Positions 12,924 through 32,983 of a stretch of DNA of 64,000 bases are shown piece after piece (the first letter of the stretch is position 1; the number at the start of each line of letters is the position of its first letter). The stretch comes from the human T2T-CHM13v2.0 reference genome, Homo sapiens: assembly GCF_009914755.1 (NCBI RefSeq), contig NC_060948.1. One strand, 5' to 3'. A model generated the notes under the pieces. The model searched no databases and was not told where the DNA came from. It saw nothing but the letters and a program-made list of their open reading frames with translations. The translations under genes were made by a program, and so were the position numbers.

Positions 12924-15128
12924 GCTTTAAAACCATTTGATACGTTATTAGACATAATTATTTTTAATTATTTTTAAAATTTTGCCTTAACATTTTCTTA
13001 ATTACTCATCTATGTCTGACATTGTGAACATATTGCTACTATAAGGTTATATGTCAAATTTAATAACCTTAGCAAAGCACTCATAAAATGCATTAAAACA
13101 TCAATTTTTCAGGAGCTGTTGCTGAAACTCATACTGGTAGAATATACAAAAAAGCTCTTACAATAAAGACAGCTTTAAAAACCTTTGCCTGAACTTTAAA
13201 ACTTTTAAAAATGAAGTTTATTACTTTTGGAAAATTAAAAGTAGTAATACATATTCTTAGAATATTGGGGAAATCAGAAGCAAAAGAAAAAAATTGTAAA
13301 ATGTCACCTGCATTCTCAACAACCAAAAAGGCCATGGTTAATGTTTAGTGCATTTTTTCCCTCCTTTTAAGACTTAAAAATTACACTTCTCAGGCAATAT
13401 TCTGGTTTCTTTTTTCAATGCAGATCCCCAAGCATTCTTAGGTACGGTGAGTCTATTATCTTATGGCACTGGAACATTCCACTTGTGGAGAGTATGTTTA
13501 TAATTCATACTAAAAATCTACTATGTGTCAATACTGTCTTCGGGGCTGGAGTTCAGGGATGACAGTTTGCAGTCTCTTCTTCATAAGCTTTGTAAATCTA
13601 CAGTCTGTTGTTTCATTGCTGGCATTTTGGTAACCAATTAAGATTGCTGTTCCAAGCAGGCAGTGGATTCATTTTGTAGAGAGGTGCATCACTTTCTTGC
13701 TGGTTCTTTCATTCAACTGCCTTTGGCCTGTTTCTAAACTTTGTTTTACAAAGTGTGAAGCATTTATATTAAATCTTTTTTATAGAGTTTCAAACTGGCC
13801 ATGTATTTTGATAGTAAAACATATACATGCAGATGGATGTTTCCTCTTCTGAGGAGAACAATACTTTCCCTTTTGGAGTAGCAAGGGTTACAGCTCAGAT
13901 CTCCATTTCTGACCCTAGGTAAGTGGCAGACAGAACCTGATACACTGACATTTACTACATCTACTCATTCTTTCATTCATGTGTGTATTTGGCAAACACC
14001 TGTTTTATGTCCACTGAGTGCTTGTCATTGTCCAGCAGTGGGAGTGTACTGGTAAGCAACAAACAGTTCATTGAGCTAGTAGCTGTTAGCAGTAAGTTTA
14101 GAAGAGATATAACCTTATTTTTTATTGTAGCAAGTGGACAAAGTGTTCACTAAGTTGTATTTGGTTGTATAAAGGTTTAAATTAATTTGAGTAATCAGTT
14201 CCATTTTGGGGTTTGTTGCTTCATCCAAGCTTGACATTTATTGTGGTTATTGAAATAGAATTCCTGTTATATGTGAATTTTAGAGTCAGTCAGTCTATGA
14301 AACTGAGCCTAAAGTGTATGTTGACTGTCCCCTCTGATCTGCCATGTCTTCTTACCTTACCGCTTAAAAATTAAACCATCTTCATTTAAGAAAGACATAC
14401 ATGGTGTATATCATGCAGGATCTAACTTTGAAAACATGTTGCCTTCTGTATATGGCTGAATCACATCTCATTGGATATGGTAAAATTTAACTGACCTACA
14501 TAATATGCAGGTATTTGCCCAGCATGCTATCTGTTCCCCTGAACCAAAAGATTAAAATTCCAACATAAGGAATCTAATCTTGGAAAAATATCTTGATACT
14601 GATGAATTTAATTTACATACGACTTAAAGTAATTTGAGTTTCTAGCACTGCATTGAGCTGTATTTCTAATGAGTTTATGCTGACCCTCTTTGTATCACCT
14701 TTCCTCTGGAGACAGAAATAGTCTGGTTGTTAGTATAACAATGGTACTTTCCTTGAGAAATTCACAAAGACAGTCTAAGAAGGGGAAAATCCACCTTTTC
14801 TAGGCCTATTTCATTGGTTCCAATTGTCATATTTGAGATTAAGCTGCATTTCTATGCTGTTTGCCTGGGCTCATCATATTAATTTCTTGTTCCTTTCAAG
14901 ATTCATAATGCCATATGGGCCTGTTATAAGTTAGTGTGTAAAAAGAAAAACAATTTATTAAAGTCATTGGGCAGCTAAGTGACTTTCTTGTCATGTCAAC
15001 CTCCAGCCCATGATGAAGTAAAGGAACATAAGAAAACCAGAGTGGAGGACCCTGGGCTGTTTGGAGTCAAGCAGAGAAGCAGTGAATGTCCCCAAAGGGG
15101 CTATCTTGGTCTGGCCTATCTTGCCAGA

Positions 15129-15342
15129 CTTTAAAGTAAAACTTATTCTTAAACTAAGAATGCTTTCCATTATTAAAATATTAGGACATTTCCATAAGCT
15201 TGGGGTCTTTATTTAGTTACTTAGCATCGTTAACTCAACCAGAAATATCTTATAACCTAGAGAGCCCATAGAATGTAAGCAGGCTTAGATTTATCCAGCT
15301 GTTAATCAAGATGGAGTCACTCTGGTTAGGATGCCTCTGACA
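15129..15342 (-). mobile_element. MER41-like ERV1 LTR, 5' portion
   Basis: Minus strand starts tgtcagaggcatcctaaccagagtgactccatcttg and contains agcattcttagtttaagaataagtttt. Confidence 0.7.
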
Positions 15343-15384
15343 CTAAGAGATGTGATGACCCCATGCCATTATCTCCAACAAAAT

Positions 15385-15748
15385 ATCAAAGTCTGTTTCC
15401 ATGATTATAACAAAATACTACAGACTGGGTGGCTTTTGAACAACAGAAATGTATTTCTCATAGTTCTCCATACACTGGGAGTCCAAGATCAAGATACCAA
15501 CAGATTCTGTCTTATGATGACTTTTTTTTATCTGTTTTACAGATGGCACCTTCTTTCTGTGTATCCACATGGTAAACGGCAAATGATCACCCTGAGGCCT
15601 GTTTCATAAGGACAAGAATTCTATTAATGAGATCTTCACAGTCATGAACTAATTCCCTCCCATGGATCCCACCTCTCCATACCAATGCCTTGGAGTTGAG
15701 AGTTCCAATGTATGAAATTTGGGGGAAAAAACCATTCAGTCTATAGCA
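15385..15748 (-). mobile_element. MLT1A-type MaLR solo LTR
   Basis: cagactgggtggctt..aacagaaatgtatttctcatagttct..gtccaagatcaag...cattcagtctatagca. Confidence 0.82.
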
Positions 15749-16087
15749 CAGCAATATATGTTTGCTTTGTTTTATTGTGAATCAGGAAACTAAAAATACA
15801 AAGAATACGCAATAGAGCCAAAGTCTGTAACATACTGTTACAAATATACATACTGTTTGTTTTGGTTTGGAGGCATGTCTGAAGATCACATGGAAGGAAG
15901 GGTTAGCTCAGTCACGGTAGCTTGAAACCAATATTGCCTGCCTATTTCTTCCTTCATAGCCTGTGCATGGGAGGTGAGTATGTTTGTGGACATTGTCATT
16001 GAATATAGTTTAGGCCTTTATTGAATCCAGAGGCTTAATTCTTTAATGTAGTTTTCATTTCCAGAGCCAGCAGAATCTAATTTAACC

Positions 16088-16281
16088 CAGTGATTCTCAA
16101 ATGAGGCAACACTAGGCAATGTCTGGAGGCAGTTTTTGATGTCACAATGGAATGTGGTGCTACCGACATCTAGTGGATAGAGGCCGAGGATGCCACTGAA
16201 CATCCTACAATTCAGAGTGGTCCCTGCAACAGATAATTATCTGGTCCCTAATGTCAATAATGCCGAAGATAATAAGCCCTG
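16088..16281. mobile_element. MER20 hAT fossil
   Basis: cagtgattctcaa..ggcaatgtctggaggc..catctagtggatagaggccgaggatgcc..aacatcctacaat. Confidence 0.82.
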
Positions 16282-16552
16282 TGTTGGATGTTCATAAATA
16301 ACCAAATGAACAGTTCTATTTATTCTGCTTTATTTATGTCCTCCTGGTAACAGGGGAACAGGACACTGCAGGGGTTAAATTTGCAAATACACCAGTAAAA
16401 CTCCGAAGTATCAGGATCAGTGTTCTTCTAAACTCTGACTTCAGCTAGAGTGGTATCTTGAACATGGGAGGTGCAATAAATTGGGAACAAATAAACGTGT
16501 TTCTGTGTTTGAGGCTACCTTTCATTTCTGCTGGTTAGGTTTAAAGAAACTT

Positions 16553-16748
16553 GGTGGTTTCTCACACTTCAGCATGCAACAGAATTTCCCAGAGGATTAA
16601 ACTTCCAGGTTAAACCCAGTTTTCTGGGGCCTAATGCAGAGCTACTGATCCCTGAAGTATGGGATGTGACCCAAAAATGTGCATTTATAATAAGCTCCCA
16701 GGTGATGACACTGTTGCTGGCTTGGGAACTACAACTTGAGAACCACTG
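16553..16748. mobile_element. MER5A hAT fossil
   Basis: gtggtttctcacacttcagcatgc...aagctcccaggtgatg...ttgagaaccactg. Confidence 0.8.
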
Positions 16749-18169
16749 AAGTCAATTTATGCTTCAGTCTTGAGGAGATGGCATTAATGACATTGTGATC
16801 ATCCCTGCTTTCTAAGTGTATAGCTGTTTCCCCTTTCCTTTAAAATAGTAAGGCAGTATCAGTTTTTACTGAAATTTCCAGTTAATGCATACCTGTTCTT
16901 GGCAGGAAGGAGGGGCTCAGGTTCTGTTGATAACCAAACAGTAGAGAGTTCTTCAGCTTTAAATGCTCTCTGTTTTTTACTTAAAAGGTTAGACTGGAAT
17001 ATTTCCCCCTTCAAATAAAGCAATTCTGCCCTTAACACCCACTCACATCACAGAGCCCCCATGAGGTCTTCCTGTGAAGATCTGGGTGCTGAAATTGGCT
17101 CCAAATGTTCTTCAAGAAGTGAAATCACACATGCTCTCTTGCTCTACATCTTTTAAACAAACACAGATGCTGCTGCATTAGTTCTAGCAAGGGATCCCTT
17201 TCTGCAGAGCGTTTCATCTCCTTTGGCTTCCTGCCAGGGCAGATGCATCTTTGGCCAGCTCTCATGATTCATGTGCTCACTGGCCATGCACCTTCCCTGC
17301 TCAGGATGGTCACAAGCCTGAGCTCCACTCATTGGCCTGGATCAGCTGCAGCATTTCTCAGACCTAGGTTTCAAGTCCATCAGGAAACTGGACCAGGAAC
17401 CAGAATGCTGCAACCTAGAAGTCTCCAGTGGCTAATAATGAATTTGGGTGAGATTTTCCCTATGCAGTTTCTGTTCACAGGTAAAAGGAAAGGTGGGTAA
17501 GGGAGAAGGCATCAGATTTTTCCCAAGCCCTGCCAGGTGGTCCTCTAATAAGAGTCTGGACAGGGTAGCTTTTGCAGAAGGGCCCAGTTGCTTGAATTTA
17601 TAATTCACTGGATTCCCTTTAATTGCTACTCAAAGGGGCTGCAAGTTCAGACACTTCATTAAAAACATTATTTTTTTCAGTTTACATCACTAGAACCCTG
17701 CCAGATGAGAAGTTGACTTCTTCTGGGTTGATGTTTATCTGAGTTTTGTTATAATTACTGTCACAATTATTATGAAAATTATAATTATTATACACAATTC
17801 TTATTACAACCCAGGGCATAATATACAAACATATGGAAGGCAGCTTCAAATTTGTATTCCCACAGTGTGATCTTAACCAGTTTAATTTATAGATGTGCAG
17901 CCACAGAACTTCTAACAGAAAGAGATCAGGTCTATTTTAGGCAGTTACCTTATCTTGTGATACTTTCTCCAAGGTAAAAATAAGAAAGCAAAAACAGGAA
18001 GATTTTTTTGGCTGGGGGTAAAGGGTAAAGATGATGTTACGGTAGATTCATCCCTGTAGAAAACTTGCAATCTCTCTCTACATTTTTTTTCAAAACAATG
18101 TAGAAATGATCAACATGTAACTGAGAATCTAAATTGACTGACTAGAGAGGGTTAAAAAGGGAATCAACA

Positions 18170-20478
18170 GTGGTCCATTCTAAGATGGCTGAATAGGAAT
18201 AGCTCCAGTCTGCAGCTCCCAGTGTGATCGATGCAGAAGATGGGTGATTTTGGCATTCCCAACAGAGGTACCTGGTTCATCTCCTTGGAACTGGTTGGAC
18301 AGTGGGTGCAGCTCACAGAGGGTGAGCCAAAGCAGGGCAAGGCATCATCTCATGTGGGAAGCACAGGGGTTGGGGGATTTCCCTTTCCTAGCCACAGGAA
18401 GCCATGACAGACTGTACCTGAAGAAACAGAACACTCCTGCCCAAATACTGCACTTTTCAATGGTTTTAGCAACTGGGAGACCAGGAGATTCCCTCCCATG
18501 CTTGGCTTGGTGGGTCCCACACCCAGGGAGCCTTGCTAACTGCTAGTGCAGCAGCCTGAGATTGACCTGCAAGGCTCCAGCCTGGCTGGGAGAGGGGCAT
18601 CTGCCATTGCTGAGGCTTAAGTAGGTAAACAAAGTGGCCAGGAAGCTTAAACTGAGTGGAGCCCACCGCAGCTCAGCAAGGCCTACTGCCTCTATAGATT
18701 CCACCTCTGTGGACAAGGCATAGCTGAACAAAATGCAGCAGAAACTTCTGCAGACTTAAACATCCCTCTCTGACAGCTTGAAGAGAGCAGTGGTTCTCCC
18801 AGCATGGCGTTTGAGCTCTGAGAACAAAGAGACTGCCTCCTCAAGGAGGTTCCTGAAACCCATATAGCCTAAATGGGAGACATCTCCCAGTAAGGGCCGA
18901 TGGACACCTCATACAGGTGGGTACCCCTCTGGGATAAAGCTTCCAGAGGAAGGATCAGCAATATTTGCTGTTCTGCAGCCTCTGATGGTGATACTGAGGC
19001 AAACAGGGTGTGGAGTGGACCTCCAGCAAACTCCAACAGACCTGCAGCTGAGGGACCTGATAGTTAAAAGAAAAACTAACAAACAGAAAGGAATAGCATC
19101 AACATCAACAAAAAGGACATCTACACCAAAACTCCATCTGTAGGTCACCAACATCAAAGACCAAAGATAGGTAAAACCACAAAGTTGGGCAGAAACCAGA
19201 GCAGAAAGGCTGAAAATTCTAAAAACCAGAGTGCCTCTTCTCCTCCAAAGGAACACGACTCCTCATCAGCAAGGGAACAAAGCTAAACAGAGAATGATTT
19301 TGACAAGTTGACAGAAGTAGGATTCAGAAGGTTGGTAATAACAACCTCTCCAAGCTAAAGGAGCATGTTCTAATCCATCACAAGGAAGCTAAAAACCCTG
19401 AAAAAAAGGTTAGATGAATGGCTAATGAGAATAAAAAGTGTAGAGAAGACCTTAAGTAACCTGATGGAGCTGAAAACTGGCATGAGAACTTCATGACACA
19501 TGCACAAGCTTCAACAGCAGATTCAATCAAGTGGAAGAAAGGGTATCAGTGATTGAAGATCAAATTAATGAAATAAAGCAAGAAGACAAGTTTACAGAAA
19601 AAAAAAAGAGTTGAAAAGAAGTGAACGGAGCCTCCAAGAATTATGGGACTATGTGAAAAGACCAAATCTGAATCTAATTGGTGTGTACATGAAACCGATG
19701 AAGAGAATGGAACCAAGTTGGAAAACACTCTTCAGGATATTATCCAGGAGAACTTCCCCAACCTGGCAATGCAGGCCAACATTCAAATTCAGGAAATGCA
19801 GAGAACACCACAAAGATTCTCCTCAAGAAGAGCAACCCCAAGACACATAATTGTCAGATTCACGAGGTTGAAATAAAGGAAAAAATGTTAAGTGCAGCCA
19901 GAGAGAGAGGTCAGGTAACCCACAAAGGGAAGCCCATCACACTAACAGTGGATCTCTTGGCAGAAACCCTACAAGCCAGAACAGAGTTGGGGCCAATATT
20001 CAACATCCTTAAAGAAAAGAATTTTTAACCCAGAATTTCATATCCAGCCAAACAAAACTTCATAAGCGAAGAAGCTATAACATCTTTTACAGACAAGCAA
20101 ATGCAGAGAGATTTTGTCATCACCAGGACTGCCTTACAAGAGCCCCTGAAGGAAGCACTAACTATGGAAAGGAACAACTGGTACCAGCCACTGCAAAAGC
20201 ATGGCAAATTGTAAAGACCATCAATGCTATGAAAAAACTGCAACAATTAAAGGGGCAAAATAACCAACTAACATCATAATGACAAGGTCAAATTCACACA
20301 TAACAATATTAATCTTAAATGTAAATGGGCTAAATGCCCCAATTAAAAGGCACAGATTGGCAAATTGGATAGAGTTAAGGCCCATCTGTGTGCTGTATTC
20401 AGGAGACCCATCTCACATGCAGAGACACACAAAGGCTCAAAATAAAGGCATGGAGGAAGATCTTAAAAGCAAATGGAA

Positions 20479-20519
<41 letters not shown>

Positions 20520-23500
20520 AAGGGATGCAATCCTAGTTTCTGATAAAACAGACTTTAAACCAACAAAGATCAAAAGAGACAAGGCCATTATATAATGTTA
20601 AAGGGATCAATTCAACAAGAAGAGCTAATTATCCTAAATATATATGCACCCAATACAGGAGCACCCAGATTCATAAAACAAGTCCTTAGAGACTTACAAA
20701 GAGAGTTAGACTCCCACACAATAGTAGTGGGAGACTTTAACACCCCACTGTCAATATTAGACAGATCAACGAGACAGTATGTTAACAAGGATATCCAGGA
20801 ATTGAACTCAGCTCTGCACCAAGTGGACCTAATAGAATCTACAGAACTCTCCACCCCAAATCTATACAATATACATTTTTAGCACCACATCATACTTATT
20901 TTAAAATTGACCACATAGTTGGAAGTAAAGCACTCCTCAGCAAATGTAAAAGAATAGAAATCACAACAAACTGTCTCCCATACCACAGTGCAATCAAATT
21001 AGAACTCAGGATTAAGAAACTCACTCAAAACCACACAACTACATGGAAACAAACAACCTGCTCCTGAGTAACTACTGGGTAAATAACGAAATGAGGGCAG
21101 AAATAAAGATGATCTTTGAAACCAATGAGAACAAAGACACAAGGTACCAGAATCTCTGGGACACATTTAAAGCATTGTGTAGACAGAAATTTATAGCATT
21201 AAATGCCCACAAGAGAAAGCAGAAAAGATCTAAAATTGATACCCTAACATCACAATTAAAAGAACTAAAGAAACATGAGTAAATAAATTCAAAAGCTAGC
21301 TGAAGACAAGATATAACTAAAATCAGAGCAGAACTGAAGGAGATAGAGACATAAAAAACCCTTCAAAAAAAATTAATGAATCCAGGAGCTGGTATTTTGG
21401 TTTTTTGAAAAGTTAAACAAAGTTGGTAGATCATTAGCAAGACTAATAATAAAGGAAAGAGAGAAGAATCAAATAGACGCAGTAAAAAATGATAAAGGGG
21501 ATAGGACCACTGTTCCCACAGAAATACAAACTACCATCAGAGGATACTATAAACACCTTTACGCAAATAAACTAGAAAATCTAGAAGAAATGGATAAATT
21601 CCTGGACACATAGACACTCCCAAGACTAAAACAGGAAGAAACTGAATCTCTGAATAGACCAACAACAGGCTCTGAAATTGAGGCAATAATTAATAGCCTA
21701 CCAACCAAAAAAAGTCCAGGACCAGATGGATTCACAGCTGAATTCTACCAGTGGTACTAAGAAGAACTGGTACCATTTTCTGAAAGTATTCCAATCTATA
21801 GAAAAAAAGAGAATTCTCCCTGACTGATTTTATGATGCCATAATCATCCTGATACCAAAGCCTGGCAAAGACACAACAAAAAAAAGAGAATTTTAGACTA
21901 ATATCCCTGATGAACATCAATGTGAAATACTCAATAAAATAGTTGCAAACCAAATCCAGCAGCACATCAAAAAGCTTATCCACCATGACCAATTCAGCTT
22001 CATCCCTGGGAGGCAAGGCTTGTTCAACATATGCAAATCAATAAACATAATCCAACACATAAAAAGAACCAACAACAAAAAACACATGATCATCTCAATA
22101 GATGCAGAAAAGGCCTTTGACAAAATTCAACAACACTTCATGCTAAAAACTCTCAATAAATTCTGTATTGATGGAACGTATCTCCAAATAATAAGAGCTA
22201 TCTATGACAAACCCACAGCCAATATCATACTGAATGGGCAAAAACTGGAAGCATTCCCTTTGAAAACTGGCACAAGACAGGGATGCCCTCTCTCACCAGT
22301 CCTATTCAACATAGTGTTGGAAGTTCTGGCCAGGGCAATCAGGCAGGAGAAGGAAATAAAGGGTATTCAATTAGAAAAAGAGGAAGTCAAATTGTCCCTC
22401 TTTGTAGATGACATGATTGTATATTTAGAAAACCCCATCATCTCAGCCCAAAATTGCCTTAAGCTGATAAGCAACTTCAGCAAAGTCTCAGGATACAAAA
22501 TTAATGTGCAAAACTCACAAGCATTCCTATGCACCAATAACAGACAAACAGAGAGCCAAATTATGAGTGAACTCCCAATCACAATTGCTTCAAACAGAAT
22601 AAAATACATAGGAATCCAACTTACAAGGATGTGAAAGACCTCTTCAAGGAGAACTACAAACCACTGTTCAGCAAAATAAACGAGGACACAAACAAATGGA
22701 AGAACATTCCATGCTCATGGATAGGAAGAATCAATATTGTGAAAATATTTATACTGCCCAAGGTAATTTATAGATCCAGTGTCATCTCCATCAAGCTACC
22801 AATGACTTTCTTCACAGAATTGGAAAAAAACTACTTTAAAGTCCATCCGGTGTCAAAAAAGAGCCTAGATAGCCAAGACAATCCTAAGCAAAAAGAACAA
22901 AGCTGGAGGCATCATGCTACCTGACTTCAATCTATACTAAAAGTCTACAGTTACCAAAACACCATGGTACTGGTACCAAACCAGATATATAGACCAAATG
23001 GAACAGAACAGAGGCCTCTGAAATAACACTATACATCTACAACCATCTGATCTTTGACAAACCCTACAAAAACAAGAAATGGGAAAGGATTCCCTCTTTA
23101 ATAAATGATGCTGGGAAAACTGGCTAGCCATATGTAGAAAGCTGAAACTGGACCCCTTCCTTACACCTTATACAAAAATTAATTCAAGATGGATTAAAGA
23201 CTTAAATGTTAGACCTAAAACCATTAAAACCCTAGAAGAAAACTTAGGCAATAACATTCAGGACATAGGCATGGGCAAGAACTTCATGACTAAAACACCG
23301 AAAGCAATGGCAACAAAAGCCACAATTGACAAATAAGATCTAATTAAACTAAAGAGCTTCTGCATGGCAAAAGAAACTACCATCAGAGTGAGCAGGCCAC
23401 CTACAGAATGGGAGAAAATTTTTGCAATATACCCATCTGACAAAGGGCTAATATCCAGAATCTACAAAGAACTTAAATAAATTTACGAGAAAAAAACAAA

Positions 23501-24308
23501 CAACACCATCAAAAAATGGGCAAAGGATATGAACAGACACTTCTCAAAAGAATACTTTATTGCAGCCAACAGACACATGAAAAAATGCTCATCATCACAG
23601 GTCATCGAGAAATGCAAATCAAAATCAAAATGAGATATGATCTCATGCCAGTTAGAATAGTGATCATTAAAAAGTCAGGAAACAACAGATACTGGAGAGG
23701 ATGTGGAGAAATAGGAACAGGGAGGGAGTGTAAATTAGTTCAACCATTGTATAAGACAGTGTGGCAATTCCTCAAGGATCTAAAACTAGAAATACCATTT
23801 GGCCCACTGATCCCAATACTGGGTATATATGCAAAGGATTATAAATTATGCCACTATAAAGACACATGCACATGTATATTTATTGCGGCACTATTCACAA
23901 TAGCAAAGACTTGGAACCAACCCAAATGTCCACCAATGATAGACTGGATTAAGAAAATGTGGCACATATACACCATGGAATACTATGCAGACTTAAAAAA
24001 GGATGAGTTCATGTCCTTTGTAGGGACATGGATGAAGTCGGAAACCATCATTCTCAGCGAACTATCACAAGGACGGAAAACCAAACACCACATGTTCTCA
24101 CTAATAGGTGGGAATTGAACAATGGCACAGGGTGGAGAACATCACACACTTGTGTCTGTCGGGAGGTGGGCACTAGTAGAGGGACAGCATTAGGTGAAAT
24201 ACGTAACGTAAATGATTAGTTGATGCATGCAGCAAACCAACGTGGCACATGTATACCTACATAACAAATCTTCACGTTGTGCACATGTACCCTAGAACTT
24301 AAAGTAAA
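18170..24308 (+). mobile_element. Full-length L1PA6-like LINE-1 (ORF1/ORF2 disrupted)
   Basis: 5'UTR aagatggctgaatagg; ORF1 and ORF2 fragments (e.g. 22020..22634 with RT motif LFVDDMIVY); 3'UTR caaaccaacgtggcacatg..gtaccctagaactt. Confidence 0.93.
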
Positions 24309-24375
24309 CATATAATATATATAAACATCAAAATATGTATATAAAATATATATATATATAACATATATATAAAAA

Positions 24376-25183
24376 CATCAAAAACTGGCCAAAGGATTTG
24401 AACAGACACTTCTCAAAAGAAGACATTTATGTGGCCAAGAAACAAATAAAAAAAAAAGCTCATCATCACTCGCCATTAGAGAAATGCAAATAAAACCACA
24501 ATGAGATATGATCTCATGCCAGTTACAATGGTTGGTGATCATTAAAAAGTCAGGAAACAACACATAGGAATGCTTTTACACTGTTGGGAAAGAGTAAATT
24601 AGTTCAGCCACTGTGGAAGACTGTGTGGCGATTCCTCAAGGATCTAGAATCTGAAATACCATTTGATCCAGCAATCCCATTACTGGGTATACAGCCAAAG
24701 AACTGTAAATCCTTGTACTATAAACAAACATGCACATGTATGTTGATTCATAATAACAAAGACTTGTAACTAACCCAAATGCCCTTTATGATAGACTGGT
24801 TAAAGAAATTGTAGTACATATACACCATGGAATACTATGCAGCCATAAAAAAGGATGAGTTCATGTCCTTTACAGTGACATGGATGCAGCTGGAAACCAT
24901 CGTTATCAGCAAACTCACACAGGAACAGAAAACCAAATACCACATGTTATTGCTCTTAAGTGGGAGTTGAGCAATAAGAACACATGGACACGGTGGGGGA
25001 ACATCAGACCCTGGGGCCTGTTGGAACTTGGGGGCATAGGGGAGGGATCCATTAAGAGAAATACCTAATGTAGATGATGGGTTGATGGGTGCAGCAAACC
25101 ACCATGTCACTTATATACCTATGTAACAAACCTGCACATTCTGCACATGTATCCCAGCACTTAAAGTATAATTTAAAAAAAAA
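24376..25183 (+). mobile_element. Second L1 3' end (L1PA7-like) in tandem behind the L1PA6
   Basis: ORF2 C-terminus ([18 protein letters not shown]) and 3'UTR caaaccaccatg..tgtatcccagcactt with A-tail. Confidence 0.88.
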
Positions 25184-25607
25184 TGAATTTTTGTGCCAAA
25201 AAAAAGGGGGGGACTAAACAAAATAAAGTGAAGGCCCTTGTTTTGTACTAGATATAGTCCAATTTAAGTGGCTTTACTTAAGTTAGACTTTCTAGCGGGG
25301 TCTGTGGTGGTCTAGTCTTTTAAGTAGAAAATGTGAAAGAGTGTTTTAAATGTAGGCACAGTCCAATATTTTCTTATCACTCACCCCGAGCCCTTTCATC
25401 TTATCAAGAATACCTAAGGATGTTTCACTTGTGTAGACTGAACTTACCCATTGAGGCTTCTCTTGAGATTACAAGCTTTTTTAGTGATACATCACTAACA
25501 CATATACATATATATATATAACATAGATACATAAATATAATGCTATCCCAATAACAATTCCTTTTGACTTAAAAAGACAATCAAAATCCAAACATATGCA
25601 ATGCTAC

Positions 25608-25935
25608 TTTTAAAATTTATTAAAATTGTATGTATTTATAATGCCAACATGATATTTTCATGTATGTACATATTATGGAATGGTTAAGTCAGGCTCATGA
25701 CATTTGCATCACTTCACATGCTTATCATTTTCAGGGGAGAGAACCCTTAAGTCTACTTTCTCAGCAATTTTCAAATATATAATACGTTGTTGTTATCTAC
25801 AGTCACCGTAAGGTGCAAAAAATCTCTTGAATTTATTCTTCCTATTTAACTGAAACTTTGTTCCATTTGAGGAACAATCCCCAGTTCCCACTTCTCCTTC
25901 CAGCCCCTGGTAATCACCATTATATTTTCTCCTTC
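25608..25935 (-). mobile_element. L1MA 3' end fragment
   Basis: aagtctactttctcagcaattttcaaatat..ctacagtcacc..cagcccctggtaatcaccatt. Confidence 0.78.
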
Positions 25936-26030
25936 TGATGCAGGTCAGGTGAGCCCCCAAACAGGCTTAGCTTGGGATAGTTCTTGGCTTCTCCCAGGAA
26001 GTAATTCAAGGGCAAGCTGATGGTGTTAAC
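25936..26030. mobile_element. ERV1 LTR end (MER66-like), cut by L1PB
   Basis: tgatgcaggtcaggtgagcccc..ttcttggcttctcccaggaagtaattcaagggcaagc. Confidence 0.55.
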
Positions 26031-32282
<6,252 letters not shown>

Positions 32283-32465
32283 CATGGGGACTATATGGAC
32301 AAACTATGAGGCCAAACTATTAGGGGCTTTTATTGGCTTTGCAAGTTAAAAGCTTCTTGGCTTCTTAAAGGGAAACACATCCTTCCATTCAAAGCCTTGG
32401 TGAAACAATGAGTTTTTTCAGTTGTGTCTTGTTGGAAAAGAAAATGGATTCCTTTTGTACTTTGT
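32283..32465. mobile_element. ERV1 internal fragment (MER4-group-like)
   Basis: caaagccttggtgaaacaatgagtt..ttgtgtcttgttggaaaagaaaatggattcc motif typical of MER4-group internal regions. Confidence 0.5.
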
Positions 32466-32983
32466 GAGATTAAAACAAACTCACTTAAAACTTTAAATAT
32501 TCCTTTGTTATAGCTAGTTCTACATGAAAGTATTGGGTCAATTTGTCCTTGTAGTCAAAATTAATCACAAATGAAATTCAAGTGTGGGCAGCATAGGCCC
32601 CATTTTCTCCCATCTCAGAGGCATCTGTCTTCCTGTCCAAATCCCATGCAGTTCTGCTTCATGCGGCTTGCACCAGATTGTATCATCTTACTTTCCCCCA
32701 GCTTCAATTTCTACACACTAAGTCATCTCATCATGTCAAAAGGCTTCCTTGAGCAAACATCTTCCAAAAGCCATCTCTCTTTTACACCTAAATCTCTCAT
32801 AAGAATAGTTTACACTCAAAGCTCATTCACATACTCATCTCTCTACTCCTGAACTCTGCCATCTGGCTTTCAGCCATCACTCTTTTTTTGAGACCTTTTT
32901 ACAAGGTTATAGGAGACATTCTTGCAAATTCAGGAGAGTGAGTCCTTATTGCATGTTACCTTTGCAGCCTTTCAATTGAGCTG

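Noticed and set aside
17166-17325. Short peptide echoes of later WWC3 exons (DAAALVLAR..LQSV, SLASSHDS)
   Set aside because: Low-complexity, mutually inconsistent matches, far weaker than the two accepted exons.
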